15,968 nucleotides of DNA from a virus. Of the stretch, positions 6,442 through 12,550 are shown piece by piece (positions within the stretch are counted from its first letter, which is position 1; the number at the start of each line of letters is the position of its first letter). A program made the position numbers and the translations under genes. The notes beneath the pieces were generated by a model, which worked only from the letters and a program-made list of their open reading frames with translations, did not search any database and was not told the origin of the DNA. The DNA is taken from IMG/VR virus record IMGVR_UViG_3300045988_077461; one strand, 5' to 3'.

Positions 6442-7710
6442 TCATGCTTTTGTAAAATTTGCAGTTTTTGTGATAGTCTCGTTTGGTCTGTAAATTGCTT
6501 TTAGTACTACTGTCCCTGTCTCGTCAGCTCCTGTGTGTAACAAATGCGTACCGGGTATAACATATGTTTTAGCGGAAGTAGCACCACTATCGACTTCCAG
6601 TGATACTAAATTTGGGTGGTATGTCCCTGTTCCACCTGTAACCGTTATTTCGACTTCCTGTGTTTGTCCTGCTGTATAAGTTCCAGCTGTGACACTAAGT
6701 GTAGGCGTATCAACAACTTTATCAGTCGTAAATACTCGGATTGGATAGAACGGACTTGCACTTACCATTTCTACTTGCGTATACATGTAGTTCCAAGATA
6801 ATACATTCGGAAGTCGCTGGTCAGTCATCTCTTTGAACTGGTCGCGCACATTGAAGAATCGAACGTCACAGAGAACGCCCTGTATTGCATCATTAGCAAA
6901 TTTGTCTACAATTACTGTCTGCACAGATACGTCTGCTTTGTCCATATGGAACGCATACGCTAAAGCGTCTACGCTAATCTGAGCATTTACCTCCGGCGTT
7001 GTAATCCAAATAAGGTTAGTCGGCAAAGCGTGAGAGGTTGCCCCTGCTGGATTGTTTTCCGGCAACGGAAAACCAAACTCTCCGACCGCTCTTTTAACCT
7101 CAATCAATAATTTTTTCGCTGATGCTTCATCTACAATCGCGTCAATGGTTACTGCTGGAAGCACCTCTTTTTCATAACCCACATTAATCAAATCACGCAT
7201 AGCAAGGTATTCATCCCAGTTCGCACCCGTGATGGCACTCTCCATTTTTGCCATAATCATGTCACGGATTCCATACTCACTCGTAAAAGCTTTTCTGAGG
7301 TTGTCATATGTAATCGTGACAGGGTACTGGATTTCAAGATTGATATTATGGAATACGCTCATAATGTAAGACTGATACTGCTGGAATGCGAATTTAAAAT
7401 CTGCCTGAGAATCATAGACACGTCCTTTACACATATTCACGTATGTTTCTTCATGTGTTTCTCCATAACGCATAGGCTCTTTTTTGAACCTTGCTAACGG
7501 GTTTCTCCATGCGATACTATCTACGGTCTGCATTCCGATACGGTTAATCAGTGATGGAACGATTTCATTTCTAACAGGGGCAAAATTAAGAATGTTATCA
7601 TATACACCCTGTAAGTTGTCTGAGACTTCTACAGGCAAATGGTTCTGAACTTCAAAAGAAAGCTCCTGCTTTACAGCTTTTAATATATTTTTATTTGTTG
7701 CTTCTGCCAT
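6442..7710 (-). CDS. Major capsid protein, phi29 gp8-like, with a C-terminal Ig-like domain (422 aa)
   Basis: [38 protein letters not shown] aligns with phi29 gp8 [48 protein letters not shown]...[11 protein letters not shown] aligns with DSLKTAFVSW...VDEYEYMKLLV. The C-terminal ~90 aa are beta-rich and Thr/Gly-rich, like the BIG2 domain of gp8. Confidence 0.88.
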   Translation of the reverse strand: [422 protein letters not shown]

Positions 7711-7726
7711 TTATAATAGCACCCCC

Positions 7727-8008
7727 TTATTCTGTCTTACCGTTAAAGTCCAAATCTTCTACGGTAATTGTTTCTTCTTTTTCATCTTTCTTTTCTTCGT
7801 TACCTGCATTAGTGGATGATTCTTTCATGCGCTCTTTAAATCGTTTTTTGTACTCGCTTTCTAGTTTCATATACTTATCTTTCCATTCGCTGTCGGTTTC
7901 ACCGCTTCTTTCACTCGCATAATTCTGTAAGGTTTCAATAGCATCACCGTGTTCTTCGACGCCTGTAATTGCGTCTATTAATTCGTTTAAAGCTTCTTCA
8001 AAATCCAT
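7727..8008 (-). CDS. Putative scaffolding protein (phi29 gp7 position), 93 aa
   Basis: A small, very acidic, helix-prone protein encoded directly upstream of the capsid gene (phi29 gp7 is 98 aa in the same position). RBS AAGGAGGT. Confidence 0.6.
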   Translation of the reverse strand: MDFEEALNELIDAITGVEEHGDAIETLQNYASERSGETDSEWKDKYMKLESEYKKRFKERMKESSTNAGNEEKKDEKEETITVEDLDFNGKTE

Positions 8009-8055
8009 ATAATAGTTTACCTCCTTATATTTAGTGTCACCCTTTTACAGTTTTC

Positions 8056-8084
8056 ATTATATCACCACGGCATAAAAAAGTAAA
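8056..8084 (-). promoter_or_regulatory. Candidate internal promoter for the morphogenesis genes
   Basis: On the minus strand: TTTACT (8079-8084), 17 nt, TGa, then TATAAT (8056-8061). It overlaps the last codons of the upstream lysin gene and lies about 45 nt before the scaffold ATG. Confidence 0.4.
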
Positions 8085-9069
8085 GTGACATTTTTGTTTT
8101 TCTTGAATGAGGGTGAATTGGATATGGAGATAACATCTGTAAATATGCGTACCATTTTAATGCGTTCTTTTTACGCTCCTCTTCTTTTTCCACTCCTGCA
8201 CGCTCGAAATTTTTTAGAAATACTGACGCTAGATAATCGGGTTCTTTTGTGGACTTCCGAAACTCTTCCCATGATATCGGATATTTCGTTGTCTCAATCC
8301 ACTGTCCACTGCTAACGGTTTCTTCATCAAGCCAAACACATTGGTAGTACCCGTCTGTAATATCATACCCGTGAGCGTTCGCCCAGTCTGTGTAGACTGT
8401 TGCTGGTGTCCACTGAACTAACCCGTAACCACCGTTATAGTTTCCCTCTTTTAGCGACTGCCATAACTCGGGGTTAATATTGGACTCTATCTCCATGTTT
8501 CCTAACATTCCAGCTATTGAATTTAATGTGAAATCTTTGAAGAACATTGTGCTATAGAATACATAAGCGTTATTCTTCATTTCATCTTCTGTAAGATAAC
8601 GGTTTCCATGAACCCATTCAAGGGTCATTCCTGCACTATCGCCATAGCGATATATTTTAGTCCAAGCTGACGGTTTCGCTATATATGTATTAATGCTGAC
8701 CTGTTCGGTCAATGGATAACGCCCACTGTGTGCGCCCATTGTAATACCTCCGTTACCTGCTCCTGCCCCTTGATACACAAATTCAGTGTGACCGCTACGC
8801 CATACCACGTCCCCAGCTTGCCACGCTTCGTTAATATTTATTTCTTTGAACCCTGCCTGTAATAGATATCCCTCCTCTGTCCTTGTCGTAAACCATGGGT
8901 TCACTGAGAAAAATCCTGCTTCTGTCAATGCTTTTGAGATAAAAGAACTGCAATCATAATAAGTAATACCATTCACAGTCTGACCTCTTCTGTATTGCTG
9001 TGAATAACCAATATTAGGAGCATTGCACGCATTGACCGCCCACTGATACGCTACATTGATATTTGGCAT
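8062..9069 (-). CDS. Tail-associated cell-wall hydrolase, phi29 gp13-like: N-terminal NlpC/P60-type cysteine peptidase plus C-terminal phage tail lysozyme domain (335 aa)
   Basis: The C-terminal half [10 protein letters not shown]...[26 protein letters not shown]...[21 protein letters not shown]...[23 protein letters not shown] closely parallels the phi29 gp13 N-terminal domain ([26 protein letters not shown]...[21 protein letters not shown]...[23 protein letters not shown]). The N-terminal half has [11 protein letters not shown] ... GDVVW..GHTEFVY, typical of NlpC/P60 Cys/His peptidases. Confidence 0.82.
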   Translation of the reverse strand: [335 protein letters not shown]

Positions 9070-9086
9070 TTTTACAGACCTCCTTA

Positions 9087-9124
9087 AAAATGTTTCACGT
9101 GAAACATTTTTGTTCCACGTGAAT
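9087..9124. promoter_or_regulatory. Palindromic box pair between the endolysin and tail-lysin genes
   Basis: A perfect 24-bp palindrome AAAATGTTTCACGTGAAACATTTT (9087-9110) is followed by a degenerate copy TGTTCCACGTGAAT (9111-9124). The CACGTG centres are 20 bp apart. On the minus strand the perfect box ends one nt before the AAGGAGG RBS of the 335-aa gene. Confidence 0.6.
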
Positions 9125-9129
9125 AAAAA

Positions 9130-10119
9130 CTAAATCATGTATAACATATCTTTCGCGTAAACGAATTCAGTCCCACAAGCGCGTGCCAATCCTCTTCCAA
9201 ATGTTCCAGGGCATTCGACACCGTTCGGGTCTTTTCCCTGTAACAGGCATAAGATTTCAAGAGCTGTAACAAGATACTGCGTTTCTCCACGCTTTACATA
9301 ATGCTTTCCTGCTTTTGCTAAAGTCTTTCTCCCTACAATACCATCCTCCACAAGTGTTTTACCGTAGTCTGCGTTCATGGCTCTTTGTACTACGCGAACT
9401 GCCATTCTTTTCGTATTTCTGCCTGCAATACCATCAACTGCAATTTTAACGCCTGTGAAATTGATAGCGTGCTGTTGTCCTAGAGCGATTAATTCATTTC
9501 TGAGTTTTTCATGTGTAGTGGCAGTCTGTGGTGTAGTAGGTGTAGAACTTGAAACTGCATAGTCTTTGTATACATGATTCACATCACATCTACCGTTAAT
9601 ACCATCAACAGACCCATTGCTGGAATACTGCCATATGTCCACATTATCTACGCCTAACACATTAGAGTAACGAGCAATCCATAAATCATAGCCCCATGTT
9701 TCACCAATGTAATTCTCGAACCATGATTTACTAGCATATATCCCAGCCTTATATCCATTCGTTAACATAGCGTCACAAAACCGCTTTGCGTTGTGCTTTG
9801 CGACTCCTTGCGTTCCTTTTTCTTCACTGTCGAAAAATACAGGTAGATTAGGCGTGTGACCTTGTAACAATCTAAGACAGTGTCTAATTTCACCCTCAAT
9901 TTTTGAAGTTGTTTTTGCGTAGGAATAGAAATATACACCGTATGGAATACCCAATCTTTCACATTCACTTACATTTCGATTCCATTGTTTATCGTCCTGT
10001 GATGTCATATCCTGCCCATAACCGCAACGAATGATAACATAGTCCACGGCATTTTTTAACCGTTCAAAATCAATAACCCCGTTGTGATAAGAAATGTCTA
10101 CTGCTTTTTTTACTGTCAT
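9130..10119 (-). CDS. Endolysin: GH25 muramidase plus C-terminal peptidoglycan-binding (PG_binding_1-like) repeats (329 aa)
   Basis: GH25 landmarks are VDISYHNGVIDF, YVIIRCGYG, GVYFYSY, FFDSEE, GIYASKSW, LWIARY and IWQYSSNGSVDGINGRCDVN. The C-terminus has two DGIxGRxT motifs (VDGIAGRNTKRMAVRVVQRAM and EDGIVGRKTLAKA). Confidence 0.9.
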   Translation of the reverse strand: MTVKKAVDISYHNGVIDFERLKNAVDYVIIRCGYGQDMTSQDDKQWNRNVSECERLGIPYGVYFYSYAKTTSKIEGEIRHCLRLLQGHTPNLPVFFDSEEKGTQGVAKHNAKRFCDAMLTNGYKAGIYASKSWFENYIGETWGYDLWIARYSNVLGVDNVDIWQYSSNGSVDGINGRCDVNHVYKDYAVSSSTPTTPQTATTHEKLRNELIALGQQHAINFTGVKIAVDGIAGRNTKRMAVRVVQRAMNADYGKTLVEDGIVGRKTLAKAGKHYVKRGETQYLVTALEILCLLQGKDPNGVECPGTFGRGLARACGTEFVYAKDMLYMI

Positions 10120-10121
10120 GT

Positions 10122-10346
10122 TTAACCCTCTCTTTTCTGTTCAAATGTATCGCATATTCTTTGAAGTGCAAGCGTGTTGTTGTTCAAAGCTTCTGTGATA
10201 TCTTCCATTTCTTTTTTGTGTGCTTCATTTAGATTGTCTACGCGTACGTCGTTTTTATCATCTCTGTATTTAACATACCACATTGACGCAACCGCAACAA
10301 CTGTAGGTAGACCCAATGTGTTAATGGCTGTCATTACTTCCTGCAT
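10122..10346 (-). CDS. Holin-like protein, BhlA/UviB-type architecture (74 aa)
   Basis: A single N-terminal TM helix (LGLPTVVAVASMWYV) is followed by a charged coiled-coil tail. The gene lies immediately upstream of the endolysin, with stop and start 2 nt apart. RBS AAGGAGGTG. Confidence 0.6.
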   Translation of the reverse strand: MQEVMTAINTLGLPTVVAVASMWYVKYRDDKNDVRVDNLNEAHKKEMEDITEALNNNTLALQRICDTFEQKREG

Positions 10347-10367
10347 ATTATCACCTCCTTTTTATAT

Positions 10368-10396
10368 ATCATAGCACAAATAAAACTGCTTGTAAA
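10368..10396 (-). promoter_or_regulatory. Candidate late (lysis and morphogenesis) promoter
   Basis: On the minus strand: TTTACA (10391-10396), 17 nt ending in TGc, then TATGAT (10368-10373), about 20 nt before the holin RBS. Two palindromic boxes lie just upstream, centred near -50 and -66. Confidence 0.55.
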
Positions 10397-10551
10397 TAAA
10401 AAATGTTTCACGTGAAACATTATCCACGTGAAACATATTGTACGTTACAAAATAATCGAATCAAAGGGAACGCAACGCCAAAAATTGATATCAGACTACT
10501 TGTCTATGTGCGCGTATATCAATTACAATGCTCGTATTATTTTGGGTACAT
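10397..10551 (-). ncRNA. Candidate non-coding RNA (~150 nt); possible packaging RNA (pRNA)
   Basis: This is the only long ORF-free gap in the unique region (10375-10600). A consensus promoter fires into it. Positions 10532-10550 can pair with 10439-10459: a 12-bp helix with one bulged A, plus a 5-bp extension. That helix encloses about 72 nt containing a 9-bp hairpin (10483-10491 with 10516-10524). The 3' end would be the palindrome at 10402-10421 followed by TTTTTATTT. It is adjacent to the packaging ATPase gene. Confidence 0.45.
10402..10436. promoter_or_regulatory. Palindromic box pair upstream of the late promoter; it may also act as the hairpin terminator of the candidate ncRNA
   Basis: A perfect 20-bp palindrome AATGTTTCACGTGAAACATT (10402-10421) plus a half-degenerate copy CCACGTGAAACAT (10424-10436). 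The CACGTG centres are 16 bp apart. Confidence 0.6.
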
Positions 10552-10555
10552 TGTA

Positions 10556-10584
10556 ATTATAGCATGCATAATTTAAAATGTCAA
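10556..10584 (-). promoter_or_regulatory. Consensus sigma-A promoter driving the ORF-free region
   Basis: On the minus strand: TTGACA (10579-10584), an exact 17-nt spacer ending in TGc, then TATAAT (10556-10561). The -35 overlaps the end of the palindromic box 10583-10602 by 2 nt. Confidence 0.7.
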
Positions 10585-10602
10585 TGTTTCACGTGAAACA
10601 TT
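10583..10602. promoter_or_regulatory. Palindromic box overlapping the ATPase stop codon and the -35 of the ncRNA promoter
   Basis: AATGTTTCACGTGAAACATT, a perfect 20-bp palindrome. Confidence 0.6.
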
Positions 10603-11647
10603 AAAAAGATATGACATCAAATATCATATTCTTACATTCTAAATTTTCAAATAAAAGTAAACCTCTATTAAAATATTCTCGTAGCATCGTTACAATATAA
10701 TGAGTTGAATTTACACGGATAGCTGTGTTATCGATAACGTCAGTTTTTGTAAAGCATATCCTTACTGGAAAACTGTCGTCAGCACCAGTTGATATATACA
10801 TATAAGTATCGTATCTTCTCACGTTATACATTTTTTCATTAAATCTAATTGTACAAATATATCGCGATTGGCCACTAGGTTTACCTATTAAGCAATCATT
10901 GTCATTCAAATATTTATTTTCACTAGCGTATTCATTATAACTTGCACCTTGAAATGCCCTAGCTATACCACTTTCTTTATATGCTGTTGAAGCATTTTCA
11001 TTATAAGTTCGTTCAAATACCCAACCGTCACCGCGTAAAAATTTAGTGTTATGTTTTAACATTTTATTTATACCAAAAACGTTATAATAAGGGTTCAATA
11101 ATGACACGGTATTAGAAGCCATATACAGCATAACTCTTCTATGCTGCTTCCCATGACCTGCGCTAATAGTTGTGAGCAATGATAAAAGCTTATTTACTTC
11201 GTTTGGCAAATATACGTTATCTTCGTCTTGATATTCGTCAAAAAATACAGAACGAATATTTACAAATAATCCACGCATTTTTTTATATTTTCTTGCGACA
11301 GATAAAGATAAACAATATCCGCATGGTTCTTCATTCAGATATAATTGTATCAATGACCCATTCATCAAACTCTTTTCAGTCATTACATAACCATCAAATT
11401 TTTCAGATATATCTCCAAAATACGTGTCAGCACAGTTTTTCATATCAATAACATTTCGATATAAATATATAAATTGATTTTCGGGTCTATATTTATCTTT
11501 TAAAAAATCAGAAACTTGTCTACACTTAATGGAATAGCTTTTGCCTGCCGTTCTATTACCATCTACAATATAAATATCCGGGATTTTGCCGTTTTTATCT
11601 TTCAATGTTAATAATCTATCGCAATGATAATAACCATCATTTTCCAT
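10601..11647 (-). CDS. DNA encapsidation (packaging) ATPase, phi29 gp16-like (348 aa)
   Basis: Walker A is IVDGNRTAGKSYSIK (phi29 FVIGARGIGKSYAMK), followed by NQFIYLYRN (EQFIYVRRY). Walker B and downstream read VFFDEYQDEDNVYLPNEVNKLLSLL...MASNTVSLLNPYY (phi29 IVFDEFIREKDNSNYIPNEVSALLNLM...LSNAVSVVNPYF). RBS AAGGAGG. Confidence 0.92.
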   Translation of the reverse strand: MENDGYYHCDRLLTLKDKNGKIPDIYIVDGNRTAGKSYSIKCRQVSDFLKDKYRPENQFIYLYRNVIDMKNCADTYFGDISEKFDGYVMTEKSLMNGSLIQLYLNEEPCGYCLSLSVARKYKKMRGLFVNIRSVFFDEYQDEDNVYLPNEVNKLLSLLTTISAGHGKQHRRVMLYMASNTVSLLNPYYNVFGINKMLKHNTKFLRGDGWVFERTYNENASTAYKESGIARAFQGASYNEYASENKYLNDNDCLIGKPSGQSRYICTIRFNEKMYNVRRYDTYMYISTGADDSFPVRICFTKTDVIDNTAIRVNSTHYIVTMLREYFNRGLLLFENLECKNMIFDVISF

Positions 11648-11663
11648 TTTTAAAACCTCCTTA

Positions 11664-11681
11664 ATGTTTCACGTGAAACAT
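11664..11681. promoter_or_regulatory. Palindromic box between the early terminator and the ATPase RBS
   Basis: ATGTTTCACGTGAAACAT, a perfect 18-bp palindrome. On the minus strand it ends two nt before the AAGGAGG RBS of the ATPase gene. Confidence 0.6.
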
Positions 11682-11690
11682 GTATTTTTT

Positions 11691-11720
11691 AAAAAAAAGG
11701 AGTGGCGTATAGCCACCCCC
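11691..11720 (-). terminator. Rho-independent terminator ending the early (replication) operon
   Basis: On the minus strand GGGGTGGC-TATAC-GCCACTCC forms an 8-bp stem with one mismatch and is followed by a run of 8 T (11691-11698). It lies 44 nt downstream of the SSB-like gene. Confidence 0.75.
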
Positions 11721-11763
11721 TTTAGAAGAAGAGAACATAAAATGGTATTCTCACGGCATCATG

Positions 11764-12114
11764 TTATAAATTTGATACGTCTAAGGTGCAATTGATATAA
11801 TCGCGTCCTGCTTTTGTCTTTCCACTAATTTTAATGATAGAAAATTTTTCGCCCTCCATCACATTTTCAATGTCTTTCAAAGACTGTCTAAAAGTTGCAG
11901 ACTGTCCGGAATATACTTTCTTCTCCGGTGTAATAATGCTTAGAATTTCCTGTATGTCTCCATTATCTTTGATATCATTAAAAATGATATAGCCATCAAC
12001 TGGGATTGATTCTCCGTCATCGATATTTTTTAATGGCTCAATGTCTGGTGCTGTAGTCATAAGATATTTTTCCACCTTTGTGAACTCTCTACTCATTTCT
12101 TTAATTTCTATCAT
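11764..12114 (-). CDS. Putative single-stranded DNA-binding protein, phi29 p5-like (116 aa)
   Basis: The C-terminal half EILSIITPEKKVYSGQSATFRQSLKDIENVMEGEKFSIIKISGKTKAGRDYINCTLDV parallels phi29 p5 as I recall it ([31 protein letters not shown]...FKVKVVQGTSSKGNVFFSLQLSL). The size matches and the gene sits in the early operon. RBS AGGAGG. Confidence 0.45.
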   Translation of the reverse strand: MIEIKEMSREFTKVEKYLMTTAPDIEPLKNIDDGESIPVDGYIIFNDIKDNGDIQEILSIITPEKKVYSGQSATFRQSLKDIENVMEGEKFSIIKISGKTKAGRDYINCTLDVSNL

Positions 12115-12138
12115 AATAATTTCCTCCTATTTTTCCTG

Positions 12139-12438
12139 CTAATCTTCCTTTTTCATTTCCTGCAATTCTGCTTCAGTAACAATTTTTTCGCTCTTGACAT
12201 CTGAATTGAGTAAGAACTGTTCATCAGTCATGACACGTTTTTCCAGTTTAAATTTGATGTCTAAAATTGAAACAATGTCACCTTTATACTGCTTTTCAAT
12301 CAAGATTTCCGCTTTTTCTCTTGTCTTACAATTTGCGAGTTTATCGTCAAAGCAATCTTTCTTGATTTCACCTGTCTCCTTGTCTTTGTAGATTCTTTCC
12401 ACAGATACTTCTGCCGTTACTAATGTCCTTGTAAACAT
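12139..12438 (-). CDS. Putative dsDNA-binding, histone-like replication protein, phi29 p6-like (99 aa)
   Basis: The real start is probably the internal ATG at 12438, preceded by AAAAGGAGGAAAAAAG. The upstream 30 codons of the tracked ORF read through promoter and RBS sequence. The pattern RTLVTAEVSV...GEI...TREKAEILIEKQYKGDIVSILDI...MTDEQFL with an acidic tail resembles phi29 p6 (REITKTTVNV...GEV...TMEQAQWRMKRKYKGEPVQVVSV...LPVEKFL, acidic tail). This rests on memory only. Confidence 0.4.
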   Translation of the reverse strand: MFTRTLVTAEVSVERIYKDKETGEIKKDCFDDKLANCKTREKAEILIEKQYKGDIVSILDIKFKLEKRVMTDEQFLLNSDVKSEKIVTEAELQEMKKED

Positions 12439-12482
12439 CTTTTTTCCTCCTTTTTTCTGCTTTTTTTTGTTGGTGTGAATTG

Positions 12483-12511
12483 TAATGTAATATGTTTTAT
12501 TTATTACATTA
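12483..12511. promoter_or_regulatory. Inverted repeat over the predicted transcription start of the internal early promoter
   Basis: A 10-bp stem: 12483-12492 (TAATGTAATA) pairs with 12502-12511 (TATTACATTA), with a 9-nt loop. It lies 3 nt downstream of the -10, so it could be an operator or a 5' mRNA hairpin. It is AT-rich, so chance is not excluded. Confidence 0.3.
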
Positions 12512-12513
12512 TT

Positions 12514-12542
12514 ATAATAGCACAACAACTAAATATAGTCAA
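12514..12542 (-). promoter_or_regulatory. Internal early promoter for the p6-like and SSB-like genes
   Basis: On the minus strand: ATACTTGACT (-35 at 12537-12542), 17 nt ending in TGc, then TATTATAAT (-10 at 12514-12519). The architecture and flanks nearly match the terminal promoter (ATACTTGACA...TGgTATTATAAT). It starts 9 nt after the polymerase stop codon. Confidence 0.6.
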
Positions 12543-12550
12543 GTATTATA

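Noticed and set aside
9087-11681. The palindromes considered as a CRISPR array, as LexA (Cheo box) or Rex/CRP-type host operator sites, or as ordinary intrinsic terminators.
   Set aside because: They lack the regular repeat-spacer periodicity of CRISPR. The half-site orientation and spacing do not match GAAC-N4-GTTC (LexA) or TTGTGAA-N4-TTCACAA (Rex). Only one copy (10402-10421) is followed by a real T-tract, and two copies lie inside a coding sequence, so a purely terminator role does not explain the strict sequence identity.
12439-12528. The N-terminal 30 codons of the 129-aa ORF (MLCYYNNVINKTYYITIHTNKKKQKKGGKK).
   Set aside because: This stretch reads through the predicted promoter, the inverted repeat and the poly-A/GGAGG RBS region. 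The internal ATG at 12438 has ideal RBS spacing.
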